A stretch of DNA of 59,336 nt, the filler included, from Sluysia triapertura (Eukaryota), in NCBI GenBank assembly GCA_046118255.1. It is 4 parts of 4 records of this genome, joined end to end, with 100 filler letters (N's around TTAATTAATTAA, not from the genome) between each part and the next. Parts side by side here need not be neighbours in the genome. Positions count along the whole stretch, not along the records: positions 1 to 15,323 come from JBJNIA010231454.1; positions 15,424 to 35,002 come from JBJNIA010057655.1; 2 more parts are not named here. One strand, 5' to 3'. The notes under the pieces are model-generated. The model was not told the DNA's origin. It saw only the letters and a program-made list of their open reading frames with translations, and did not search any database. Made by a program: the position numbers and the translations under genes. Below are positions 13,001-25,910 of this stretch, piece by piece (within the stretch, counting starts at the first letter, position 1; each line of letters begins with the position of its first letter).

Positions 13001-14619
13001 TATTTAATTAATATTTAATATTTATTTCAAGACATCAACCCTTTTTAATATAGGAGTTGTAAAATTCATAAATATAAAATAAATCCATTAAGATTATATA
13101 TCAATCTGAATAATCTTTATTGTACTATAATTGTTATAATTTTTTGTAATATACATTTATTTCAAATTTCTTGTTATCTATTATATAATATAAGATCCAC
13201 CGATTTTACTAGGTTGTAAAATATTCGAAAATTCAAGTTCATTTTTAAAGAGTTTAATAATAAGGTGCCGTTTTTTTAATACAGACGTAAAATACTACTT
13301 AAATTATCAATTTTGTTACAATTTCATAAACTTTATAATAGCGGTATTACCTAATAATAAATATAATTTGAAATAACATTTTATTGATTACCAGTATTAT
13401 TGATATAAAACACTCCGAAAAAATACCATTGATCTTGTCAACTGCTAAAGAAAGAGCTTCTGTAAATATTGTAAATAAAGTATTATAAATTTAAAATTTT
13501 TAAATTGTTTATTGTAAATAATGTTTTATAAATTTTAAAAAAGTATTTTTATTATGTACTTTTCATAAAAATTATAAAGTACTTTAAAGAATAAAATAAT
13601 AAATTGAATTCTAAATAACCGAATTATATTATATATTTCCAAATCAAAAAAGTTTTTATTAGTGATTTATGATAAATTTTCATATTAAAAATCTTTTATT
13701 GTTAATTAATGAGTTATGATGTTTGTATTTGATGAAGACAAAAATATATTAAAAGAGCGCGCGAAGAAAATAGAAGACAAAATAGTTTTAAAAAGATTTT
13801 GTACGTCAAGTTAAAGGAGACTTTCAAGAAAATACGTCTATGGTCAACGTCAAATTATCTAAAGGAGATTTGGAAAAACTATCCAGTGGTCAACGGAGAT
13901 TCAAATCAAGTGCTACAAAGATAATCCTAATATTAGTTGCAGTTATTTTCGTCAATGATCGATATCATTTCGTTATTTGGAGAAGATATATCATTATAAT
14001 TTATTATTTTCAATAAAGTAAAATACTAATTATTAAGTTTTCATCGCTCTAATATTTAGCGTTAATTATCGACTTAAAATCTTTAATAATTTTGAAATCC
14101 AAGTACTAAACCTGGATTAATATAATTTCAAAATATTCTTAAAATAACTAAAAAGAAGTTGTTTCTTTTATTTTGTGATTGTGTATTTTTATTATATTTG
14201 CTTTTACCATTATTAATTAATAATTTTGTATTTAATAAATTTTTGTACCTTTTTTGGGGATTTATGACATTTTTTAAAGTTATTCATGACATTATTCAAA
14301 ATCAGTTTATGTTTTTGAATTAAATTCATTATTATATTAATTCTTTTTAATATATTTTCATGTAAAAAGATATTAAAATAACATCTAACACATTTATTAA
14401 GGAAAACAATCATGAATTTAATACAAACTTGTTTAGAGACAATTTGGAAAACAATGAATGTTTATTAATACTTGAAAATGTTATAGTCCATGCTCTAAAT
14501 GGTTCTCTTAAAGAAAAATTAAAAATATAATTATGATAATCTAATAAAAATTGTAAAGTATAATAATTTACCTTAAAAAACTGTTTATCATTTACGTTAT
14601 ACATAGCATTATACATAGC

Positions 14620-14860
14620 GTAGTACACGAGTGAATGAATCATTTTGATATGCATGGCCACTGATCGAAGAACTTGCTAGAGCTTGATTAGTTTTCAAAG
14701 CAGTCAGTAAACTAATAATACGTTCAGCAGCATGATTAATTTTTTGACACCATAGAATGGTTATTGTAAATCGTTAACTCCATGTGCATATATACAATGT
14801 TCACCATTTCTAAAATATATGCGACGTGCTGCACATATATTGTCCAGTTGTTGGGATTGT
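14620..14860 (-). pseudogene. CCCH zinc-finger gene fragment
   Basis: ICAARRIYFRNGEHCIYAHGVNDLQ* resembles C-x8-C-x5-C-x3-H..GxxEL with the second Cys lost. A stop and frameshift follow. Confidence 0.5.
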
Positions 14861-15323
14861 CCAACTGTAGAACAGGAGATGATTAAGAAACATAAAGAAC
14901 TATAAAATCAAGGAATAACTGGTACAAATGATGGATTAGACATTAAAAATATTGTTGAAATAAGAAACATGAAAAAGAAAAAATTTATAATGATGCTAAA
15001 AGTTAAAGAATATCTTAAGGTTCAAAAGACCTTATAAGGGTTTGAGACCTTATGGAAGCTTGAGATTGACTTGGAGAACGTTTAGAAGTATTAAGGTATC
15101 TTTGAACTTTGGAATCTTTGGATTATTGAAGACTTTAGTGACTTTTAGTATTTTAGGAATATCGATAAGCATTTGAGATTCTTTAGAGAACCTTATAAAG
15201 TGTATAAAATCTTTAAAATGATTGAGAAATAAAATCTTTGTTCAAGATAATAAAGATAAGTTTAACATAGTAATAATTAACATGAAGAAGTAGAAAAAGG
15301 AATCAGAGAGGTGAAGGTGAAAA

Positions 15324-15423
15324 NNNNNNNNNNNNNNNNNNNNNNNNNNNNNNNNNNNNNNNNNNNNTTAATTAATTAANNNNNNNNNNNNNNNNNNNNN
15401 NNNNNNNNNNNNNNNNNNNNNNN
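15324..15423. other. Artificial scaffold linker (N44-TTAATTAATTAA-N44)
   Basis: Same 100-nt design three times in the window; TTAATTAATTAA gives stops in all six frames. Confidence 0.97.
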
Positions 15424-15699
15424 ATTTTTATATTGGAATTAAATTTGTTTTATTGGAACTAAAGTATGTTATATTTTTAATTTTTGTTAATTTTATATTA
15501 AATATTTTTAAATTTTGTTAATTTTATAATAACGTGACTACTTAAAAAATTATTTTTAAATTTTTAAAACATTATATAAGTCAGAGTAATTTAACATACA
15601 AGACAATTATTTTCACAATAATTTTTTCAAGCAACTGTGTAACTAAAAACCCGTGAAAATAATTGTACGAATAATTGAAAAAATTATTGTGAAAATGGC

Positions 15700-15880
15700 G
15701 ACAAAATTTTAAAATGCTAATTGTAATTTTTTCAAGTGGCGTTCTCATTAAACGTATGCTAGTTTATATACTGGTCATCAGCCAGTGGGAATCTATGAAA
15801 GCTCTAGAACATTCTAGAAGCTTCTATTCTGTTTTTAGATACACTGCCTCAATTTATTTGCGGAAAACTGAAGGGGTATC
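15700..15880 (-). repeat. Dispersed repeat shared with the Helitron-linked 5' region at 44690-44800 and 45410-45500
   Basis: TGGCG...CTAGTTTATATACTGGTCATCA...TTCTAGAAGCTT matches 44700-44790. Confidence 0.65.
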
Positions 15881-16344
15881 TAAAAAAAGGATTAGTGATT
15901 TACTTTTTTTGTTATTTTTTAATGTTAATACAGGCGTCAGCATTTATTGATTTTATTTAGCTAGTGATTTTTAATATTTAGAGATTTATAACTTTGAAGT
16001 TGATAATAAAAGACGTGTTGTTATTAAAAGAATAATTAGTTTTATTTATATAATATAGGTGTATAATTATGAAAGAATTTTCATTGTACAATTGTAATAT
16101 TTTAAATAATATATCGAGATTCCGAATTTGTTTCGTTATTGGATTTTTAATTTTTATGTGACATAGGTTTAACAGTTCAACTTTTAACATTTTAACATTT
16201 TATTTCATTATTGGGTAAGTTAAATCTAAAATTTATAAGTGAATTAAAGAAATCAATTGAGAAGTAAGGGTTTTATTAGTAAATACAATCATAAAATAAC
16301 TTTAAAATATTGTACGAATAGTTAACAGACTCGATATCTGATGA

Positions 16345-16500
16345 TAGGGATATTATAAAGAATGTCTTTCCGATTTTTATCGATATAAGATATCATAATT
16401 AGCGTAACTAAAAGCAGTTGTTTGGTAGTCAGTACCATATCTATAATAAATTGCTTGTCCAGATTGACTTACAATGAAAATATGTATTTCTTTGGCACAA
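16345..16500 (-). pseudogene. MON1 (first longin domain) fragment, frameshifted
   Basis: KEIHIFIVSQSGQAIYYRYGTD (cf. KHIFILSEAGKPIYSRYG), then after a frameshift LIMISYIDKNRKDILYNI (cf. ALVSFVE..D.IRSI). Confidence 0.65.
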
Positions 16501-18554
16501 AAAGGTAATCTAAATGTTCTGTCGGAGTAGCTCAATACAAGCATTCATTTTTATTGACTTAAAATTAGTTTCTAATCTTTGTTGTTCAATTGCACTTCAG
16601 TGGTGCTGTTGAGGTCAGAAATTCATTATTTGAAAAAGATACATTGAGACGTAACCTACGATTTTACCACGTGAAGATGGACACAGATTTGAATTGTACA
16701 TAGTTGACTTATTCAGATCACGCAATTTTGGAGCTTCAATCACTAACAAAAAACAAATTAATCGGCACATTATTGTAGCTCTGGAGCTTGAGAAAGTAAC
16801 TAATAAGATCAATTATCAGTTTATCACTTATTACTAAACGATTCACGATATTACTCATATTCTTTTGATCTTTTGATCTAATGCAATTGTGTTTAATTGA
16901 TTATTCACGAATATCTATTTTATTTTAGGGTTCAATAAGAATTCGTAATAATTGTAATGTTTCTAATGTATCAAAAATTATCAAATTAAAACTTTTATTA
17001 AATGGTTTATTTGTTTAATTCTTGTTCCACAATTTTTATTTTCTTTTATTGTTATATTCATTAATTGCATTTTAAAAATTATTTTCACTTAAACACATTT
17101 TATGCCTTAAAACATTTACTCTTTTTTGATTTCTGCTTTCATAGAAATAAGGACATTTCTTTGGGTCTGCTGTTAGATATGAAGAACGTTGCGGTAATTC
17201 TGCATTGATCATTCATTGATCGGAAAGTAAAATCTTCATTATGTGACAATATAATATAATATTCTTATGAAAATGGCATTAAATATGTTTTAAAGAAGTT
17301 GAAAACACACAATAACGAACACGATAAATAAAACGATTCATCGATATTACAAGTATTATACAACAGACTTTGAGTACGAAAATATATTTCTTATAAATCT
17401 TATTCTTTTATCTCGAGCTTAACAACTTGGATCAACGTTTCTTAATCGTTGCAGAACTTTCAAGAAAAAACGTAAGATAAGGGTCAAAATACACTCAAAA
17501 TCGAATGCTATAATTCCAGTCTTCAATTCGCTCTGATTTTCCTAATTTAAATTAGGATATAATCTTAGTTTTAAAATATTTATATTTTAATTATTTGAAT
17601 TTGTATGGCATGTTTTTATATTACGTTTTATGTACATTAATTTTTTACTGTGAATATCCAGATAAGTACTTTAGTATTAAATTTTTAATTACGATACTTC
17701 TTGTAGTGTCCTGCCTACCTCAACTCTTAACACACACAACATTAACATCCATTGCACTCTACATTAATATATTATAACTTAAATAAATGATAATCTCTTA
17801 ATTCACATAACATTATATAATAAATTATACTAATCAGTCACACTCAATTCGTCTATATTGTCCCATACAAATATATTATTTTAGTATAATTTTTATATTC
17901 TTTTCTTTTGTTTATACTTCCTTTTAGTATTCGTTTATTGTCTTTAAATATATTTTCATTTTAAAGCAAGATCATTTATCACGAAATAAAAGATATTAAA
18001 ACAGAAGACATATTATACACTAGATTATTAAATTATAATATAATTTAATTTATTACTTTAGTTAAATTATGATAATATAAAAATATTAAAGTTTATTTTT
18101 TATTTGTTAATGTTCAATGATTTTTATTCGTAAAATTTTACAGTAAAACTCAAATTATATCGAATGTTTTTTTTTAATTATTATTATTATTATTATCAAA
18201 ATTGCTGTATGATTTATAATTATTAATCATCGTAATATTATAATCAAATGAAAATTATTTAAGTGACTTTTTCTGATTATTGTTATCTGTTTCAATTTTA
18301 GAAATTTAAATGTTACTAACTGTTAATCAATGTATCTCTCTCTGCTAGAGATATTCGAGTAATATTCGTTTTATAATTTACTTTTAATTATTTCTGATTG
18401 TTTATCTAAAGACTTTTATTTTGATATTGTTGGTACTTTTTTTGTTTTAATATTCGAATTTTTAAAAGAAAGCAAGAGAAACGTTACTGCCATAAAAATT
18501 AAATGCAATTTATTTCCAAATCAGAAAAAGTTTAAATTTTATTGAACAAAAAAC

Positions 18555-19067
18555 ATGAGCGGTTTAAAAGAATTGAAATCAAAACTTATACAAACGAAAG
18601 AAGAGATCTATCATGTAAAATCCGAAGTTGATTGTAAAAATTCTGCCATTATTCTAGAACAGGAGCGAAAAGCTGAAATTTCAATTGAGATGAATGCTAT
18701 AAATAAACATAAAGACGAATTGGAAGCTTTAATTCATGAGTATCATGTAAAATTGAATCTTAGTACAATTGAATTAGATGAGACAATATTAATCAATAAT
18801 TCCTTGGAAATCGCCAGAATAGAAGTTGAGCAGACTCAGGCTGATCGAATTACGAAGTCAGAACATGATGATGTTAAAAGTATGATGATAAGTGCAGAAA
18901 CACCGATATTGTTTGTAAAAGCAGCCGAATTATTTATAAGCGAAATAACACTACGTACTTGGATTCATACAGAACGTAATAAACGACGTATTTTACAACG
19001 TAGTGATATTACAGTGCCACTCCGTGATGGTAAGGCAATTCATGTTATTTATCTTTTATCAATTTAG
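18555..19067 (+). CDS. Chimeric 170-aa ORF: tropomyosin-like coiled coil (aa 1-~103) fused in frame to a partial NF-YC histone fold (aa ~105-159); function uncertain
   Basis: The N-terminal part aligns by eye to short-tropomyosin N-termini (heptads, EQERK..EMNAIN). DDVKSMMISAETPILFVKAAELFISEITLRTWIHTERNKRRILQRSDI matches NF-YC [51 protein letters not shown] donor at 19030, AG at 19066-19067. Confidence 0.7.
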   Translation: MSGLKELKSKLIQTKEEIYHVKSEVDCKNSAIILEQERKAEISIEMNAINKHKDELEALIHEYHVKLNLSTIELDETILINNSLEIARIEVEQTQADRITKSEHDDVKSMMISAETPILFVKAAELFISEITLRTWIHTERNKRRILQRSDITVPLRDGKAIHVIYLLSI

Positions 19068-19469
19068 GTGTTAGTTTTATTTCAAAACTCACCCCAAATC
19101 CAGAAGAAGATGATGTTGACATACAGAAATCATTACTTGAACTAGGCAGATCGAAACATGGAGCTACAGTGCGAGAGGACGTGTTGCGTGCAGACCACAA
19201 CAATGTTTTAACCGAACTTTTAGAGTATTTGCATATTATTCGTTTTTTTATTACTATTTTATATGTAAAAAAAGATTTCAAAATTATTATCCTTATATTT
19301 GAAAAAGCTATAAATGCCAAAGCAATATGTTATGCAGGATTACGTAGTTGTTTGAATTTATGTGAATCATTCGATGTAGGCCAAGATGTTTGTGGAATAT
19401 TAATCGATGAATATAAGTATGATAATTATATACATAAAACAGTTATAATCGATATTTTATCAAAACGTT

Positions 19470-19860
19470 ATTTTAAAAAAGGTCATAGCTTGCCTAAATT
19501 AACTGATTTTCAAATCGATTCTAAAGATCGCAATAAAGTCTTAGAATACGATAGTTTAAACGTAAAGGCCTTTTTCACCATTAAAGAGTGCAGCAAAGGC
19601 CTTGAGTTAGATTCAAAAAATGCAACTCTATTTTGTAATTGTGCTATGCCTTATATTAAATTAAATGATTTTCAAATTGATTTTAAAGAGTGCAATGAAG
19701 TTGTACAACGTAATAGTATAGACGCTAAGGCATTTTTTAGACAAGACCTACGTAAGGAAGGTCTTTCAATACTTGATAGAGCTATTGATGATTTCAAAAT
19801 TGTATTGAGGCTAGAACCCGAAGATAAAACTGCGAGGTTGATGCTTGAGCAACTAAGTCC
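19470..19860 (+). pseudogene. TPR co-chaperone-type (RPAP3/SPAG1-like) fragment with an internal duplication
   Basis: SKGLELDSKNATLFCNCAMPYIKL..ECNEVVQ..AKAFFR..AIDDFKIVLRLEPEDKTA. KLTDFQIDSKD..VKAFF repeats KLNDFQIDFKE..AKAFF. The rest of ORF 19169-20326 is intron-like or LINE read-through. Confidence 0.75.
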
Positions 19861-20139
19861 GCGAGGTGTCGTTGATTCAATATTCGATAATAATTCGTTA
19901 GACTATTCACTTTTATTATTTATCTTTAACTATTTCAAATTTGTTCATTTTTCTGAATTAATAACAATTAATAAACTATTAATGTACCCTATACTACATG
20001 ATGTTGTATTTATAACCTTTTACATTCATGCTAGATTTTTAATTGAATATATCGATTTTAGTTATTATTCAAAATTCATTTTGTTCAGTAAAAGTAATTT
20101 TAATAATAATGATTCCTCAAAAGACCTTAAGTCTTATTT

Positions 20140-20620
20140 TTCATTAGAAATAGTTATCAATCAAAAAATTAAATTAATTTTCGCCCTGATCTGGCCATTT
20201 CAAGCCAAACTTATTTTTCACTCATTGATAACTAGCAACATAGTTTTTAACAATGGTTTGTTGTGCTCAATTTCAGACAGGAAAGTGAAAAAATTACAAC
20301 TAGTAATTAATCAAGCAGCAAACTAATTCTCCAAGTTGGAATAAGATCTCATGTAACACCTTATCTCAAAGAATTACATTGGTTGTCAATAAAAGCAAGA
20401 ATAGAATTTAAAATGGTGGTGGCCCAGCCTACATCTACCTAAAGATCACATCAATCATAACATTCTTCGACACAAATCTCATTGCAAAAAATTACATTAA
20501 AACAAATATCACTTGTATCATTCACAACATTAGAACACTCATCCTTATAAAATCGCATATGCCTAACAAAATCCTTTTGCTAACATTTTTAGATCAAAAT
20601 AAAACACAGCGCATTATCGT
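20140..20620 (+). mobile_element. L2/CR1-group LINE ORF2 C-terminal remnant
   Basis: FHSLITSNIVFNNGLL...KKLQLVINQAA / LILQVGIRSHVTPYLKELHWLSIKARIEFK matches the post-RT LQxVQNxAARL...HITPxLxxLHWLPxxxRIxFK motif. Confidence 0.85.
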
Positions 20621-23600
20621 CTTGCCATCATTACGAACATATATGTAGTATCAATGTATACTAACGCGAATATTATCCATTTGTGATTACATTAATAAAG
20701 TTCAATAATTTTGTAATTTATCGAGTTGACATTTAATTTAAACTCAATCACTAATTCTGAAAATAATTCAAAACTTACCAGCACAACTTGTTCAACGAAA
20801 AGTAGTGCATCATCCGACCCTACACATTTTGTTTCCACGTATTGTAATCTCGATGAATTAGACAAGGGATTTAATAGTACAAGAAATCAAAGACAAAATA
20901 AACTTTCTATGTTACCAAGAAAGTATTTAAATCAGAGAAAGAGTACTTTGGCCAATATGTTCTTAAATAATATTATTAAACCAGATACAGAGCAAACTGC
21001 GGATAGTTTTGATTCTTTAAACACATCTGATCAAATGAAAACCGTTCGAATTTCTACGAAGATTGAACAATTGAACATTGTTGTTGGTGAAGAAGAAAAA
21101 CATTTATAAATTATATCGAGGAAAGACATCGAAACACATGAGAGAATTCTACACAGAATTTCGAAGCTTTAATCGACAACAAAGTGTAGCAGAAATCATC
21201 AATGCAATTAAAGTAATTCAATGTTTTTGAACTATATTTAACAAATCAGATGAAGATGGGTACTGCAAGTGAACAAGTTTTTACTGTAAAAATAATATCG
21301 TATTTAAAAAATCAAGTTAAATTATTTTTCGAGTTATTATTGAGTTTGTCTGATTGATGATGTTTATGTTTCAACCTTATTAGCATAAAATAATGTTTGA
21401 TAATATTTTATCAACTAAATGGTATCATTTTGGACATCATTTTTATATGTAATGTTTTTTATATTTTAGTTTTCGTATGTTTCACTATTAAATTATAATT
21501 TTACGGACTGTTTCTTGATGCAAAAATATTTATCATTATTGTGATAAAATGTCAATTACTATTATTATCACTTTTAAATCACATCTTAACTTTATAATTT
21601 GGGTTAATACGCCATCTTTATAAAATTTCATATCGTTTACCAGTTTTTTATATTCAATGTTTAAAAGCATCCAAAAGTTTTCAAAATTACAATTAACAAA
21701 TAAATAAAGATTACACGGAGATTTATTTAGAACAATTTTAATAATGATCAATTTATTCTCATACATGTCATTTAAATTTTTTGATGTTTCACCATCTAAA
21801 TAAAAATTGCAGATTGTAGCATTAGTTATAAAAATAAAATTTGATTACTTTATGTTCATCGTAAACAGCACGAATATAGATTGTTGTTTTGATTTCGTTA
21901 TTTAATTCTGATACCCCATTTCCATTTGTCTCGATCGACAGTAAAATAGCTCGACTTAGTGACACACATAACTGTAATAACTTTTCTACACTTTCTGGTT
22001 TTTGCAACGCCATATTCTTTGATGTCGAATTCGAAAAATCCTCTTGGTTTTCAAGGCTGGCTTCTTAGATTATACATAAGAATCGTTATTACATGGATTC
22101 TCGCTTGACTTTATATCACTTAGAAATTGTACGATCAAACTCACAACCTTAAAACTTAAAATGAAATTCCTTTAGATGAACTTAATGAATAATAATACTT
22201 TAAAAGGTTTTAAATGTAAGTTTTGAATGCTGTTTACTAGTTTTACGTGAATTTTTTAATATTATTTAATGTTTCTTGCTAAAGATATATTGGAGTGTAG
22301 AAGGTTGTGACTTAAGTACTTTGGAATAGTATAAATGTTAAAAAAGAGTGACGCATGTACATTGTTGTTCTGAAAGAATTTATTTATAAAAGATCGTGAA
22401 TTTAGATTGTTTGGAATGATTTGAAGGTGTATGGTAATTAATTTCGAATGTGATTGTGATTGGATTGTGCTGACATGGCGAATAAAATATTTTTGATGAA
22501 TTTCTTAATATAGTTTGATGGTTTTAAATGTAATTGTGATTTGTATGTTATGAGATTGTGGATTTACATTGACTCAGGGGATGAATTGTAAATAAACGAC
22601 CTTCAATATCTTACAGTGATTAGCCATTTTTATGCAGTTGGTTGTAGATTGTTAATTATTATTGTGCATTTTGCATAAATTGTTGCCTTAAAATTACTCA
22701 TTTTGATTTACGTATTTCTTATTTCACGAGATATTCACGAGATGTTCCTTCTTGCACGGCAACATAGGAATTAAACAAAATTTATTCAAAATGCAAAATT
22801 ATTAAAAGTATAGATCTATTAAATATTTTGCCAAACTTCAATTGTAGTAAAAAAATTTAATTTTTCACTTTAGTTTCACTATAATGGACATAAATTTAAA
22901 AAATCGAAATAACTTTTTTAATTAAAGTTTTGCATTATTTCATTTTGTCGATCTCTCTTAACAGAATAATACTATATAGATTTTAAATTTCAAGGTTAAA
23001 TTTAATCTCAGCATTATGTAATTATGTTAGATGTTCTTGTTTATTTATGCTTGAGCGTATATTCGGATGTGAAATTCACATTTGCAAATATTTTGTAATT
23101 TATTAAAAACTCAAACAGTGCTCGGATCAACAAGACACCGAGCAGAAGCAATTTTACTATCAATAATGTCAAATCGCTCGAAGTCTCCTTTGTATAATTA
23201 CCTTAAGAGATTGTATTTGCGTAATTAAATTATTTCCAATATTAATAACGATAGTATTATTTAAAAGATTTAAACAATACATAACAATATTCAATAAATG
23301 AAATTATGGTAGTACTATTAAATAATTCGTATATCATAGTGTACAAAAATTTCGTTAATAATAAATTCAGTATAATTCATCGTTAATAAATAAATGCTAG
23401 TATGGTAGTAATTTTCGTTAATTATAAATTCAGTACAGTGCTAGTATATAGTAATAATTCATATATGTATGTATAATATATACAAAAAAATTCATTATTT
23501 ATAGTGTAATATTATTAATAATAATAATAATAATAACAATATTAGTAACAATAATAATAATAAATGATATTCGTTACCTTTTATGTTTTATTAAATTTCA

Positions 23601-24059
23601 ATATTAAGGTTAATTTAATTTTTTATTACTTAATAATAATTTTAATTATTTTATTTTTTAATCTAAAATTTTGAATTTATATTAACTATTAAATCTCATT
23701 TTAAATTGATGAAAGGCACTATAATGAAAATGATTTTAATTTTACTTATAAATATGAAATTTACAATCTTATAAATATTATGTTACATGTATGATAAATT
23801 TTGAAGCATGCAATACACATAACGTAACACCACAATTTTCACAGTGGTTTCTTTTCTCACTCTTGCATTTTTATGGAAACACAAACGATACAGTTTAGCT
23901 TTATTTTCTTATAGTAAACAAATAAATGATATTACCAACAATAACAATAACTGACGTAAAAAAGGCATATGAATAAATAAATGTTCCGACAAAAATTCTA
24001 ACCGGAGTATATATAAAAAGTAGACATAACATGAGAAACACGCAGATGTGTCGTGATAA

Positions 24060-24146
24060 TTATTGCTGATCAACAAGGGAAGCCGGTGAACCTAACGGCG
24101 TATTCAATGTAGTTGAAAAACGACTAGTCAATACAAAAGCATTACG
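24060..24146 (-). CDS. HID1: Candidate terminal exon of HID1 (RNAFVLTSRFSTTLNTPLGSPASLVDQQ*)
   Basis: Phase 0, compatible with the upstream exon. The AG at 24147-24148 ends a ~90-nt AG-free pyrimidine-rich tract containing CTGAC. No homology to the canonical HID1 C-terminus. Confidence 0.35.
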   Translation of the reverse strand, partial: RNAFVLTSRFSTTLNTPLGSPASLVDQQ

Positions 24147-24530
24147 CTAGCCCGTGAACAGTCGTGGAAGAGGTTAAAGACATAATTGGTCAGATGAGTG
24201 AGAAATATAAATAAAGAGGAATTTAATTATTATTAATCTTAATTTTAAGAAAATATTTAAAAATGTAATGTATGTGTAAGTTAAACCAAATTTCATTTTC
24301 CAGAAATTTCTAAGACTGTTTTTCTATTTCAGAAACTAATGTTTAGCAACCCAGAAATCCGCACTTGAAACCCAAAGATTATTTTTCTTTAAGAGTTTAT
24401 TCCAATGGACAGTAGTATTCAAATATTTAAGAGCTAAATTTTCAAGAATTGAAACAGCAGTTTTACGAGTTTAACGAAATAGAAAATTTGAGTTAAATAT
24501 AAAATTATAACACAAAAGATAAATAAATAC

Positions 24531-24979
24531 CTCCGTATTCACACTGCGTTGACTAGATGGAATACTTGTTGTGTGAGACGAATTATGATTATTTGATGTT
24601 TGTTGTGATGTTGTTTGTGTACTTGGTGGTATTGAATGATGACTGCTTATTCCTATTGGAGCTGGGGAATTTAAAGTCATTATAGTCATCCGAGCAAGAC
24701 GTCTGGACTTTTTACTAAGTGCATGTGCAATACTACCTGGATCAGTTGCCAATCCACTAAGATTATGAAATATTTGACGCTTACGAATCATACAATAGAC
24801 GAGATTACTGTTACCATCAAATTGGTACTGAATAATATTATTTAGTGTTTCCAATAGAAAAAATATTGAATGATGATTGGAGGGACTGGAAAATAAAAAC
24901 CATGGTGTACTAAATGCTTCAACAAGATGAATCAATTTCGTTGATGTTGAAGTTGCCAATGATTTTAAATATGGTGAAA
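24531..24979 (-). CDS. HID1: HID1 exon
   Basis: SPYLKSLA..KLIHLVEAFSTPWFLFS..FFLLETLNNIIQYQFDGNSNLVY.MIRKRQIFH; TTTCAG acceptor, GTATTT donor; phase 1 start matches the previous exon. Confidence 0.93.
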
Positions 24980-25910
24980 CTGAAATACAAAAATAATCTT
25001 ACGTCATTTGTGTTAATTTATTTACAACATCGATATAAACATTTAAATCAATGCGTTATATATAAAAATTACTTGTATATATAGAGTACTGAGGAAAATA
25101 TTTTAGAAACGAAATAACATTATAGCAGTATAGAAGTTAATTTTTGTTTTAGTTAGTTTTATTTTATATTTCAACTAAAAGCACTATGTATTGATTTTAT
25201 TATGTCGTAAATTCAAATGGAAGACAGATTATTGTTAATGCAATTATAATAGGAGAATAAGAGATCATATCATGATTGTGAAAATATCAAACACTTCAAG
25301 GCATGAATTATTAATATGAATGAATCTGTAATTTTGTCACGTATTACAAAAGTAGCCTATTGTTAAAAAATAGAGCTCATAAAAATCCTTTGCATTGTCT
25401 TTTAATTTTTTCTATAATATTGGAGAATATTGGGGTCATTTTATCATGTTATTACATTGCCACAAACATAATCTCTATTGATTTTGAAATCATTTTACAC
25501 ATTTTCACTACACAACTGCAGTTGCATTATTCATAAGACTTGTGCTATAATTCACATATATTTATTGAACGTGTAGAACATATTTGTACACTTTTCCTGA
25601 GTACTTTTGAAAACCCAATGGACACGAAAAGGTTAAATTAAATATTCGTTGTAAAATACCATCACTTCAACCTTAAAATGATTATGTAGGATAACGGGTT
25701 TAAGTGCTAATGTAAAAGGATTGTGATTTATAAACAAAATTCCGACTTATATGTCAAATGCTTTATTTATCGAACATTTTCTTCATCACCCACATTTTAT
25801 TTAATGAATTATTGAAGAATTATATATGAAGTTTTATTTAATTAATTCAAAACCATAAAACTTAAAACAGATAAGAATCTTCAAAAATTAACATTTTAAA
25901 TTTTTTTGTA

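Noticed and set aside
19169-20326. 385-aa ORF as one real protein
   Set aside because: It reads through intron-like AT-rich sequence, a TPR fragment and LINE sequence, and starts at GTG; not a coherent gene.
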